Shown piece by piece: positions 40,620 through 50,726 of a stretch of 64,000 bases of DNA (the first letter of the stretch is position 1; each line of letters starts with the position of its first letter). The translations under genes and the position numbers were made by a program. Below the pieces are notes generated by a model, which did not search any database, had not been told where the DNA came from, and saw only the letters and a list, made by a program, of their open reading frames with translations. Origin of the DNA: Candidatus Omnitrophota bacterium (lineage in GTDB: Bacteria; Omnitrophota; Gorgyraeia; Gorgyraeales; Gorgyraeaceae); contig JAPLMD010000026.1 of the NCBI GenBank assembly GCA_026387235.1, positions 973-64,972 on the forward strand, in the 5' to 3' direction.

Positions 40620-42044
40620 TCAGTAGAGTTCTTTCTCATATTCAGAGTCATAGGCTGATCTATAAAAGTGAATGTCCGACCATTCTTTTAAACTTTCAGG
40701 AGGACTAAACCCGTCATTGAGGCAAAGATCGAATAGTCTCGTCCCGGGATATGGTGTATACTTATTGAGTCTCCATATTAAGGAGCGAGGGTTGTCTTTT
40801 TTAATCTTCACGATCAAGTCTTGAGTTTGTTTCATCTCCGATGGGCTTTCCGTGGGAAAGCCTGCCATAAAGGTAAATTCAGCAATTATGCCGGATTTCT
40901 TCAGCCGCAGATTAGCATTTATTATCATATCGACAGTGATGTTTTTATTAATCATCTTTAATACCCTGTCCGAACCTGATTCTGCCCCAAGATACAATCT
41001 GCTAAGGCCGCACTTTTTTAGTTTAATCAGAAATTCATCTTCCCACTTTAACACCTGATCGATTCTACTTTCTGCCCACCAGCTAAAATCCAATTTTTTC
41101 TCTATAATAAGATTTAAGATTTCTTCGACTCTTTTGAAATCGGCAAAAAAATTATCGTCCAAGAAATAAATTTTCTGGATGCCGGTTTTTAATATTTCTT
41201 TTATCTTTTCGATAACCAACTCCGGCCTAACAGTTCGACGTTCTGGATATAACACAGGAACCGCACAAAATGAACAATTTCCGTTACAACCCCTGGTTGT
41301 AAAAAGAGTATTTATCGGATAAATGAGATTATATTTTATTATAGCAGAGTGATTAATTGCGTAGTAATCATTTAAATTAATAGACTCCCGCTTTCTCGTC
41401 CGGATAATTTTATTATCTTCCTTAAAGATTATTCCGTGAATATCATTTAAATCGGTATTTTTTTCTATTGCGGCAACTAAATCGAGAAATGTTCTTTCTC
41501 CCTCGCCAATCACTACAATGTCTATATTATTATATTGCACTGTCTGATAGGGCAATAGTGAAGCGTGAAAACCACCCGCGATTATTTTCACAGAGGGATA
41601 ATGTTCTTTGATATAATCGATCAACTGGCAGGCATATTTTATTTGGCTGCCCGTATAAAAGGTAACCCCGACACAAATGATTCCTCTTTTTAGAATACGC
41701 GCAATATGATTGGCACACTTGGGATCGATTCGCTGATCTATAATTTTAACCCTGTAGCCCTGTTTAATTAAAGGACCGGCAACCGAAAGTAACGAGTAAG
41801 GAGGAAGAATGCTCTTGTCTACGTCAGACTTTGGATAAATAAGCAAAACATCATATGTGCGCTTGTCGAAGTAAGCATTGGTCAGGTTATAGAACAGTTT
41901 CGACCAATATTTTCTTAAAAAGGCGTCACATTCGAATCCCAGATATCGAAGCGCTGGTATTCTAATAATATACTGCATTAATTTCCATTTTAAAAATCTC
42001 AACAATTTCATTATAGGATCGATTATTCGCATTATAAGGACCAA
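40620..42044 (-). CDS. Cobalamin-dependent radical SAM enzyme with an N-terminal extension
   Basis: PPYSLLSVA, GGFHAS, GEGE, TRGCNGNCSFC, GAESGS, FMAGFPTE; exact start uncertain. Confidence 0.9.
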   Translation of the reverse strand: MVLIMRIIDPIMKLLRFLKWKLMQYIIRIPALRYLGFECDAFLRKYWSKLFYNLTNAYFDKRTYDVLLIYPKSDVDKSILPPYSLLSVAGPLIKQGYRVKIIDQRIDPKCANHIARILKRGIICVGVTFYTGSQIKYACQLIDYIKEHYPSVKIIAGGFHASLLPYQTVQYNNIDIVVIGEGERTFLDLVAAIEKNTDLNDIHGIIFKEDNKIIRTRKRESINLNDYYAINHSAIIKYNLIYPINTLFTTRGCNGNCSFCAVPVLYPERRTVRPELVIEKIKEILKTGIQKIYFLDDNFFADFKRVEEILNLIIEKKLDFSWWAESRIDQVLKWEDEFLIKLKKCGLSRLYLGAESGSDRVLKMINKNITVDMIINANLRLKKSGIIAEFTFMAGFPTESPSEMKQTQDLIVKIKKDNPRSLIWRLNKYTPYPGTRLFDLCLNDGFSPPESLKEWSDIHFYRSAYDSEYEKELY

Positions 42045-42068
42045 ACTATTTGCCTTCGATGGAAAGGC

Positions 42069-43088
42069 CTATCTCTGAGGCGCACCGCCTCCGCTCTTGA
42101 AGAGCTTCCTGGAAAGATCCCATGTATTGAACACCGCATCCACGTTCAAAGATAACGCGCAATTGAGCTCAACCGAAGAAGAACAGCAACACTGGTCACA
42201 CGTGAGAAACGGAAGACGGTGAAATTGTTCCCGGAAAGTTGCGTAATCGGCATCTCTAAGGTTTGATTTAAATTGATTTCTGAAACATATGTCAACGCGC
42301 CCATCGCTTTCAATCCGCGCAGAAACAAAACGCGCGAGACAGCGAATTTTCTTCAGATGCGGCCAATCATATAAAAACTTGAGCCCCGATACTGAATGTC
42401 CTATATGATCTTTGGTTTTTCTTTTTTTAGCTATGAGATAGTTGATGGCTTTCTTATATTCCTTTTCGTCCGGAGACAGCGGATTCTGCTGATTTCCGCC
42501 CAACAGAAAGGCCGTTGACGGCTGAAAAAGGATGGGCGCGCCAAATTCCTCTGCCTTCTTTAGAAGAAAGTCAATGCTCTGAAGATTCGGTTTCGATAGA
42601 ACAGCATGAATTCTTAGGCTCATGCCTCTATTTTTTGCGAGAGTAAGCGCTGCAATCACCTCTCCATATGACCCTTTGCCTCTGATGCTGTCATGCACAT
42701 CTTCGGGACCATCCAGGCTTAATCCAACCAAATTTAAATTTTTAAGCTCTTTTATCCGTTGTTTCATGAGCGAACCATTAGAATTAATTGAGGTTAAAAT
42801 TCCCCTTTCGCTGCAGTAATCTATTATCATACCGATATCTTCTCTGAGCAACGGCTCGCCACCAGTAAAATGAATGATTTTTGTTCCAAGCCGGGATAGT
42901 TCCGTAATCAGTGAAAGGACGTGCCCGGTTTCCAGCTCTTTGACTTTAATATTCCGTATGTCACAATATGCGCAGCTTTTATTGCATCGGGTAGTGATTG
43001 CCCAACTTACGATAAGCGGCGTCTTTTTTTTAAAAACACGCGCCATGAGCAGCGAATTGATAACAAAAAGTTTATCTTTTAGCTTCAT
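42069..43088 (-). CDS. Radical SAM protein with a twitch-like C-terminus
   Basis: CNKSCAYC, TGGEPLLR, SLDGP, C-terminal CLA...DICF...CDQCCC; start 43088 after SD GAGAGG. Confidence 0.88.
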   Translation of the reverse strand: MKLKDKLFVINSLLMARVFKKKTPLIVSWAITTRCNKSCAYCDIRNIKVKELETGHVLSLITELSRLGTKIIHFTGGEPLLREDIGMIIDYCSERGILTSINSNGSLMKQRIKELKNLNLVGLSLDGPEDVHDSIRGKGSYGEVIAALTLAKNRGMSLRIHAVLSKPNLQSIDFLLKKAEEFGAPILFQPSTAFLLGGNQQNPLSPDEKEYKKAINYLIAKKRKTKDHIGHSVSGLKFLYDWPHLKKIRCLARFVSARIESDGRVDICFRNQFKSNLRDADYATFREQFHRLPFLTCDQCCCSSSVELNCALSLNVDAVFNTWDLSRKLFKSGGGAPQR

Positions 43089-45426
43089 ACCTCTCACCAA
43101 GAGCCTCGTTAATTCCTTGTTCAAAGTAAGATTTGTAATCACCTGGAACTTTACTCATATCCTGCCGCCACCCATCTAATTGATAGCCGTACCATCGCGT
43201 AACCCCTAGCCCTAATCCTTTGTATAAATAGGGCCAGAATCTTTTATCAAGATGCTGCACTATCCGCTTACATCCATCCATGGTATACCCAAACCTCCAC
43301 CCTATGCCTATTCCTAACCCTTTATAGAGAGAGGGTTTGTATCGCTCTTCAGTTTTCTCCAGAAAGTTGCGGTACTTTTTCATGCCATGGATAAATCTCC
43401 AGCCTACTTCTATGCCTAATCTTTGATAAGAACCAGGCCTAAACTCCTCTTTTATGTTGCCCATTATAGCATTCCATCTTCCTAAATCAACCCCAATCTC
43501 TCCAAAGCCAAACAGGAACAGTTGAACATAGCTGATCTCTGTATACTCCTTTCCCATTCCAAACCCTTTAAAAATATATTCCCTGTCAACCCTATCAACA
43601 CTGTTTAAAAACTGAACGGCTTTTTTAGTATTGTTAATCAACGCCTCATCGAGCTCGATGCCTATACCTTCATGGAAATAGGGCCAATATTTTTCGTCAA
43701 TCCTGCTTCGCAAGAAAAGGTATTTCTCAAGATCGACAGCGCCTGCTTTTCTTACTAATTCCCTGCCTACTCCCCGATAGACATAGGGAAGGTAATCTCT
43801 TTGTAGATTATCTTCTAATTTCCGCGTTATCATTCCTTGAGACCAAATAATCCTCTCTAATTTTTCGCCCAGCCGTTCATAGGCAAAAGGCCAATACCCC
43901 TTATCAATCCGCCTCAGGACCCTTTCGGCGTACGCCTGAACGTCTGGTAAACCAGCATGAGTCGCCCATTCATACCCATCATAAACAAAACGTCTATTTT
44001 GTTTATCGACCTCTTCTATGGTGCCGAGACATTTATCAAGATCATCTTTAAAGGTGCAGCTCGAATTTAATTGCTTTCCCATCCTTACGTAATTATATCC
44101 CTTGGGGATAAGGCTTACGGTAAAACTAGAAGGATCAATAAGACTCAAATTCCCTGCCAAACCTGTTACAATAATGACTGACAAACACACAGAAAATACA
44201 AAAGACCCATATTTCCGGGTACTCATTTTAAGAATGTCCAGGAACCGGGCTACGATTATAAAAATAAAGAGCGTTAAAGGAAAGATCTCTTTGAAAGGAA
44301 AAACAATATTTTCTCGTACAGGAGAAGCGGGGAAAATCGGAAAACCGCATAAGCTGTAGACCAGGAAGAAAAAAGCAGAATACACAATCAAAAAACTGTC
44401 TCCCGGAACATCGCTCGAAGAAATCCTGAATCGCGAAAGCGGAACAAGAGCAAGTAAAAGTCTCGAAAGCGTCCTTCGATGCAACCAAGAAAGGTATAAA
44501 AAGGATGCCACAAAAACAAAATAGTAGGCATATGCGATGTAGATGCCTTTGATAAAAAGAAAATTTTTAAAATCGAAGTAGCCGGGAATATCAAACAGCA
44601 GGAGATTCTTAAGCTGGGTCATTGACTTCCCAAGGCTGTTATTGGTAAACAATTGCCATATCGATCGGCCGTGTATGACGAAGACGCCGTTCCACTTATA
44701 GGCGATGTTATAATAGAACCAGGGGCTAAAGCCAATAAGAAAAAATATCAAAAATATGTAAAAAGATTTTTTTAGGAAGAATCGCATATCGAAAATAAAC
44801 CAAAATAATAAGCAACAAACTAGCGTAAGCAGGAAAATGTAATCAAACAATAACCCAAACCCGCACAAAAATCCAAAAAGCGCATAGAGATAATTGGTAT
44901 GGAGATCCTTAGATATTTTTTGATCGGTCCTCTGAGTAAAAAATATCTTATAAAAAACAAATATAGCCAAAAGGGCGAGAAAATTAAGCTCGGAATAACT
45001 ACCGGTAGAAATATAGGAAAGCCGGGTATAATTAGGAGGCGAAAGGATAAACAGTAAGCTCGCCACGATTGCTGTTCTTCTGTTGAAGAACTTATAGATG
45101 AATAGATACAATACGACGAGCGTGCCGAGTGAAAGCAGCATTATTACCGAGCGTAAGACGACCAGGGCATCTCCGAAAAGCAAAAAGAACGGAACGGCGA
45201 GAATGCCGATAACAACTCCACCCCATCGAAAGCTATCTAAACAGGCGAAAATTGATAGCTGTGGATTCTGCGTTAATACTTTAGTTAGCGTTCCAACGCA
45301 CAATTCATGATTAAAGATAACACTACTGACAGAGGAAAACAAGATCAGCGTCCTGATGACTAGAAAGATTGCCAATAAAATTATCAGGGGCCGATATTTA
45401 TCTCTAGATTGTTGAACGGGGCTCAT
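43072..45426 (-). CDS. GT-C membrane glycosyltransferase with a C-terminal helical-repeat domain
   Basis: Paralog of 37067-39400 (LAVPFFLLFGD, FFNRR.A, PWFYYN, GYNY, YQRLGIEVGWRFIH). Confidence 0.8.
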   Translation of the reverse strand: MSPVQQSRDKYRPLIILLAIFLVIRTLILFSSVSSVIFNHELCVGTLTKVLTQNPQLSIFACLDSFRWGGVVIGILAVPFFLLFGDALVVLRSVIMLLSLGTLVVLYLFIYKFFNRRTAIVASLLFILSPPNYTRLSYISTGSYSELNFLALLAIFVFYKIFFTQRTDQKISKDLHTNYLYALFGFLCGFGLLFDYIFLLTLVCCLLFWFIFDMRFFLKKSFYIFLIFFLIGFSPWFYYNIAYKWNGVFVIHGRSIWQLFTNNSLGKSMTQLKNLLLFDIPGYFDFKNFLFIKGIYIAYAYYFVFVASFLYLSWLHRRTLSRLLLALVPLSRFRISSSDVPGDSFLIVYSAFFFLVYSLCGFPIFPASPVRENIVFPFKEIFPLTLFIFIIVARFLDILKMSTRKYGSFVFSVCLSVIIVTGLAGNLSLIDPSSFTVSLIPKGYNYVRMGKQLNSSCTFKDDLDKCLGTIEEVDKQNRRFVYDGYEWATHAGLPDVQAYAERVLRRIDKGYWPFAYERLGEKLERIIWSQGMITRKLEDNLQRDYLPYVYRGVGRELVRKAGAVDLEKYLFLRSRIDEKYWPYFHEGIGIELDEALINNTKKAVQFLNSVDRVDREYIFKGFGMGKEYTEISYVQLFLFGFGEIGVDLGRWNAIMGNIKEEFRPGSYQRLGIEVGWRFIHGMKKYRNFLEKTEERYKPSLYKGLGIGIGWRFGYTMDGCKRIVQHLDKRFWPYLYKGLGLGVTRWYGYQLDGWRQDMSKVPGDYKSYFEQGINEALGERYEAKR

Positions 45427-45453
45427 TGTAAATTATTTGCTAAACCTTATTGC

Positions 45454-47598
45454 CTATCTGTTCAATGCCCAGCTTGAATTATTGCATCTGCTATGTTTTC
45501 GGCCAATAATCGATTGCACGCCTTCTTTATTTTCAAAAATATTCTTTAATGGCTTTATACTGCGACAGGGATACTGTACTACTATCAGCTTTATCCCTCT
45601 TTGCAGTAAGGTTTCCCTAAGCTTCCGGTAGTTATCAATTGTAGGCTTTTTATAGGTCACCAATCTATCTGAGCGCCCTATAAAGCTTTTTGTCTCCAAT
45701 CGTAACGCTTCCTCAGAGTTTTCGCCTGCCTCTTGAGATTGCGTAACAGAAGGAATGATTTCAGGATCCTGCGCCAATTGAGAGCGAATGTAATAATTTC
45801 CCGGATTTTTTTCAAGACCCTCAAGCCACGTCTGCTTCGCCTCTCGATATCGCGCCTCTATCTTATATGAACATCCTAATCTAAAATACGCCCTTGACTC
45901 TCTCGGATTTATTTCTATTGCCTTTGTAAACATCTCTTCTGCCTTGCGCAATTCGCCTGCAGCCCTGTAACAACTGCCAAGCTGAAGGTATATTTCGTAA
46001 TTTCTTGGGTTTATTTCGAGAGTCTTGTAAAATATTCTTTCTGCTTCCCGGAATCTTCCTGCTTTGTAATAATACGCTCCAAATGTAGTGTATGTTTTAA
46101 GGCTCCTCGGACTCGCATCATACGACTCAAATGCCGTGTACGTTTTGTGACTTCTTGGACTCGCCTTAAGGGCTTTTTTAATAAGTTTTCTAGCTTCTGG
46201 GTATTTTCCTTGGTTGATATAAAACTGACCCAATCCTAAATACGCTTCACTACTTTCGGGGTTTATTGCGATGGCTCTTTTCAATATATTCTCTGCTTCT
46301 CGATATCTTCTTACGGGATTGTAACAGGAGTACCCTAAATAGTGATAGAGTTCATAGTTTTGAGGGTCCATTGCAATAGCCTTTAGAAGCAGTTCTTCTC
46401 CTTTATGGAATCTTGCTGCCTGGAGATAGCAATACCCCAATTCAACATATGCCTTATAGGTTTTCGGCTTTATAGCGTCCAATCTATCATATGTTTCTTC
46501 TGCTTCCCGGAATCTTCCTGTATCTGAGTAATGCAACCCCAGGGCAAGGAGTGGATGGCAATTTTCTGGATTTAATTCAATAGCCATTTTAAGTAGGTCC
46601 TCTGCTTCTTGGTTTCTCCCTACATACATATAATACCGGCCTAATAGAGAATAAGCCTTGCCGTCTCCGGGAGCTCTTTCGATAACCTTTTTAAACATCT
46701 CTTCTATCTCTTGAAATCGTCCCTCGCTCAAATAATACAGGCCTAATTCGAGATAAGCCTCATGGTTTTGAGGGTTTATTGCAGCAGCCTTTTGGAATAG
46801 TTCTTCTGCTTCTTTAAATCTTGCTGTCTCTGCATAACACTTTCCTAATTCAAAATAGGCTGTATCACCTCCGGCGTCAGCCATGATAGCTTTTTTAAAC
46901 ATTTCTTCTGCTTCCCGGAATCTTGCTGAATCCAGATAATAACTGCCTAATTCAAGATAGGCCGCATTATCGTTGGGGTTCATCTCGATAGCCTGCTTCA
47001 GCCTCGCTTCTTCTTTCTTAAACTTTGTTGACAGCGCCGTGCCTATTGAAAAGCAATCTTCTTCTTGTAGTTCATTAAGTTTATTGACACTATGCAGCCA
47101 CGAAAGGCTTACAAGTTTATAGACTCTATATCCCTTCAAAAAAGACAATATTCGAGGAAGAGATGTGTTCTCATAAGGAAGAATATTTGAGTCATTTATC
47201 CCCATCATCGTAATTACTATATCCGGGCTATATTTACTTAAATTATCTGATAATTGTCTTACAATCCCCGTAGTTGTAATTCCAGGAACTCCTGCATTGA
47301 TTACAACAAATTTTTTTCCTAAGCCACTTTGATTGAGGATTTCTTGAAGCTGGCTGGGATACGAAGATTCTCCTTCGTCTAATTCTATGCTCCGGGCGGT
47401 AGTAGACTCACCTAAGCAGAGGATGCGATACGCACCTTTTTCCTTAGAGACAACTTTATTTCTGTGTTCTTGGAAAGATAAAAATACCCATCCCCCAAAT
47501 CGCAATCCTAACTCAAGCAAAACCACACAGATAACGAGACCAGAAATTATCAAAGCGAATTTTTCTTTAAGCCTTAGTGCGGACATAACCTTAATCAC
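45454..47598 (-). pseudogene. SGNH-TPR paralog with a C-terminal deletion/frameshift removing the catalytic His segment
   Basis: Aligns with 20821-23073 up to NIFENKEG; a shifted frame then reads NRLLAENIADAII, matching the paralog's NQLLAENIANAVL; the DFGH block is missing. Confidence 0.75.
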
Positions 47599-49475
47599 AG
47601 TTTGTTTGTTAAACCTTCTAAAACATACGGGCGATACTTCGGATCAGCGTTTCTCAGTAACTCGGCGCACCAGCTCATATTTCTCCCAAAGATCAAACCA
47701 GCTAGTTCTCCCAAGCCCCTGCAGTAGTCAGGCCTGTATTCTGCGTCTATCTTGTCTATTTGTTCAATACCTAGAGAAAATCTGTTCTTGAATCTCCATC
47801 CCTCAAACCAGCCTATCCCCTCATACACATACGGTCTATATTGTTTATCTATGCTGCTCACATAAGAAGCGGCGTCAGCGATATCCTTTAATTGCAGCCC
47901 CAGGAATGCCCCAAAACCACGAAAAACAAAAGGGCGGTATCCGGAGTCGATTTTGTTTATATGAGCTATGCAGGCATCGATATCCGGGTATTCTTTCGCA
48001 CGGAAAAACCTCCAGGCCATATTCCATCCGATGCCGCCAAAGACAAAGGCTCTATGCGGTTGGCGAATATTCCCAGCGGCGCTCACCGCTTTTGAAATAG
48101 AGTGCCCGTACCTTTCTCCGATGACTATGCCTAAAACATCATAATTATAGCCTTCATACACAAGACGCCTGCCAAAGTTGCGAAACGTCATAAGGTCATA
48201 ATCAGCGATTAACCCGCTCGCCACAAGAAAGAGCGATATACACACAGAGAGGCAGGCAGCGATTCTTCTGCCCCTCTTACTCCAATCCCACAATCTACTT
48301 AAGAAAATGGCAAGGATAATAAAAACAAAGGGGTACAATATAATCAGAAACCTATATTCGTTGAAACCGAAAAAATTATATTCGGATTTCTTACTAATAA
48401 GGTAATAGGAAAAACTATAAAGCAAAGAAAATGCAAGGGGGTATAGCAATATAAAAACTTCGCGATAAAGAGAGTTTGGTAAGAGTCGTATTTTTTTCAA
48501 GGGGATAATACCGCAGAGTAATTTCCATACGGTCTTTCTGTCCGACCAAAAAAGAATAGAAAAAGAAATAAGGAAAATAATATAGTAGATATACGATATA
48601 GCGTCCCCGGGAATAGATTTAAAGCCCTTGAAATAAAAACTATCAGGCAGACTGTATACCAAAAGGTCCTTCAGCTTACGCGCTGCTTCGGGTAAAGAGT
48701 TTAAAAGAAATAGGTGTCTTAGTGGCACGTTGGGATAATTGTCATCAATACAGATAGCAGCAAAATTGTGCGTGAGATTATAATAAATCCAGGGGCTTAA
48801 ACCCACGAAAAAGAATATGAGAAAGAACCGGAAGCCTCTTCGCGCAAAAAAAGCCTTATCAAAAATAAACCAGAATCCCAGACAGTAAATCAGGGTTACC
48901 GCAAAAATATAATCAAAATACATGCCCAATCCGCTGACCAGGCCAAAAAGCGCAAAGTAGAGTTCTTTATGAGAGGCATCGCGAGCTGACGCTTCCTGGA
49001 AAAATATCCTATAGAAAAGAAATAACGCTATCATAGTAAAAAGAATGGACTCATACTCTTTCCCATAAAGCATTAACGAGAATATAGTGTATATTGGCGC
49101 CGATATTGCCATAAGCGCTCCGGTGATTATAGCAATCTTTTTATTGAAGAATCTCCAAAGAAAAAGGTAGGTCACCGCAAGGATTATTAATGAAACAAGG
49201 AGCGCAACAAGCTTCAAAACAAAATATGACTGACCAAATAGCCAAAAGAAAGGGATGACAAAAATCCCCGCCAGCAATGTCCCTCCCTTTATATGCGTTA
49301 ACTGATAATCAAAGAGCGGCAGCGAAGATCCCTCAATCAATTCCTTAGCAATGGTGCCGATATACAATTCATTAAAATCACATATCTTATCCATAGAAGT
49401 AATGATGACCGGTAATCGCACTAAAACAAATACTATAGACAAAACCGTTAAAATAAAGTATTTATTTTTAATCAT
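47595..49475 (-). CDS. GT-C membrane glycosyltransferase with a shorter C-terminal repeat domain
   Basis: FNELYIG, DYQLTHIKGG, PWIYYNLTHNF, GYNY and 5 repeats of IDxxYRPxxxxGxG. Confidence 0.8.
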   Translation of the reverse strand: MIKNKYFILTVLSIVFVLVRLPVIITSMDKICDFNELYIGTIAKELIEGSSLPLFDYQLTHIKGGTLLAGIFVIPFFWLFGQSYFVLKLVALLVSLIILAVTYLFLWRFFNKKIAIITGALMAISAPIYTIFSLMLYGKEYESILFTMIALFLFYRIFFQEASARDASHKELYFALFGLVSGLGMYFDYIFAVTLIYCLGFWFIFDKAFFARRGFRFFLIFFFVGLSPWIYYNLTHNFAAICIDDNYPNVPLRHLFLLNSLPEAARKLKDLLVYSLPDSFYFKGFKSIPGDAISYIYYIIFLISFSILFWSDRKTVWKLLCGIIPLKKIRLLPNSLYREVFILLYPLAFSLLYSFSYYLISKKSEYNFFGFNEYRFLIILYPFVFIILAIFLSRLWDWSKRGRRIAACLSVCISLFLVASGLIADYDLMTFRNFGRRLVYEGYNYDVLGIVIGERYGHSISKAVSAAGNIRQPHRAFVFGGIGWNMAWRFFRAKEYPDIDACIAHINKIDSGYRPFVFRGFGAFLGLQLKDIADAASYVSSIDKQYRPYVYEGIGWFEGWRFKNRFSLGIEQIDKIDAEYRPDYCRGLGELAGLIFGRNMSWCAELLRNADPKYRPYVLEGLTNKL

Positions 49476-49478
49476 AGT

Positions 49479-50717
49479 CTAATGAGCCTGTTTGCACCGT
49501 GTGCTTGTGCATTCCCGGGTTAAAATCCCGGCTATATACCTCATATCCGCTTCCTTGAGTCTCGGATAATTCGGGATCTGCAAGCTTACCCTGACCGCTT
49601 CAGAGGCAGATACGCAGTCACTCTCCTTGCCGTCGATCGCCGAACAATCGCGCATAATATGCTTACCCGTATCTATACCTTTACGCAATAGCTTTTTAGC
49701 CAGGCCTGATGCATCCCGGGTTAAGACCACAAAAAAATAATACGTCGGCCGAAGAGCCTCTCTGTCTTTAAGCGTATCTATCTTGCCTTCGATAAGGCTC
49801 ATCAGCAAGCCGGCATTGCGCCTGCGGCTTTCATTTTCCGTATCGATATTGCTTAGCTGCCTGATCCCCATCAATGCCTGCATGTTCGTATATTTTACCC
49901 CGGATGCCCCGGATTTGGCTACAGGTTTCACAGTCTTGTTGTAAATATTTATCAGATCCTTATCAAAAAAAGACAAGAATAAGAGCCAGGGGAAAACGAT
50001 CATTAAGAAAAATGGAGGTGAAGTCAACAAAAATAAGCCGTAAGAAATAAGGGCCTTCTTCAAGATTGCGGCAGGAACCGGATAATCAAAATGCGCTGAT
50101 CTTTCTTCGATCTTGGCATACAACACCGGGTCATTGGTTGTGATCATGCCTCCTCCGAACGTATTAAAAGGCTTGGTTATCCCAAAGCTGAAATAGGCAG
50201 CTGCGCCGAATGAACCGACCCGCCGTCCATTATATTCTGCTCCGATCGCATGGGCACAGTCTTCAATAACAACCAGGCTGTGCTTCTTTGCTATTTCCGT
50301 TATTTTTGCCAAATTGCAAGGCCGGCCGAAAATATGGGTAGCCAGGATCGCTTTGGTCCTGGAGTTGATTTTCCCTTCAATGAAGTTAGCATCGATATTG
50401 TGGGTATCTCTCTCAATATCTATAAAAATTGGCGCCAAGCCTAAGCTCTGAATCACTTCCGAAACACTTTCATCTGTGTAGGCAGGGAGCATAACTTCAT
50501 CATTCTTATTCAGCGATAACGCATCGAGTATCAGAAACAAACCCAATCTACCCGATGCTACCGCAATAGCATACTTGGTTCCAATATATTTACTAAACTG
50601 TTCTTCAAATTGTTTGATATAAGGCCCTTCCTTGATTCTCCGTTGAAAAATTAAGATTAGAATGTCTTTCAATTCCCCTCTATAATGAGCAATATTTCTT
50701 CGCGCTATTACTCTCAT
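49479..50717 (-). CDS. DegT/DnrJ/EryC1/StrS PLP-dependent sugar aminotransferase
   Basis: FEEQF, ASGR, THIFG, IEDCAHA.GA, FSFGITK (PLP Lys), GGGM. Confidence 0.9.
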   Translation of the reverse strand: MRVIARRNIAHYRGELKDILILIFQRRIKEGPYIKQFEEQFSKYIGTKYAIAVASGRLGLFLILDALSLNKNDEVMLPAYTDESVSEVIQSLGLAPIFIDIERDTHNIDANFIEGKINSRTKAILATHIFGRPCNLAKITEIAKKHSLVVIEDCAHAIGAEYNGRRVGSFGAAAYFSFGITKPFNTFGGGMITTNDPVLYAKIEERSAHFDYPVPAAILKKALISYGLFLLTSPPFFLMIVFPWLLFLSFFDKDLINIYNKTVKPVAKSGASGVKYTNMQALMGIRQLSNIDTENESRRRNAGLLMSLIEGKIDTLKDREALRPTYYFFVVLTRDASGLAKKLLRKGIDTGKHIMRDCSAIDGKESDCVSASEAVRVSLQIPNYPRLKEADMRYIAGILTRECTSTRCKQAH

Positions 50718-50726
50718 ACAAATCCT

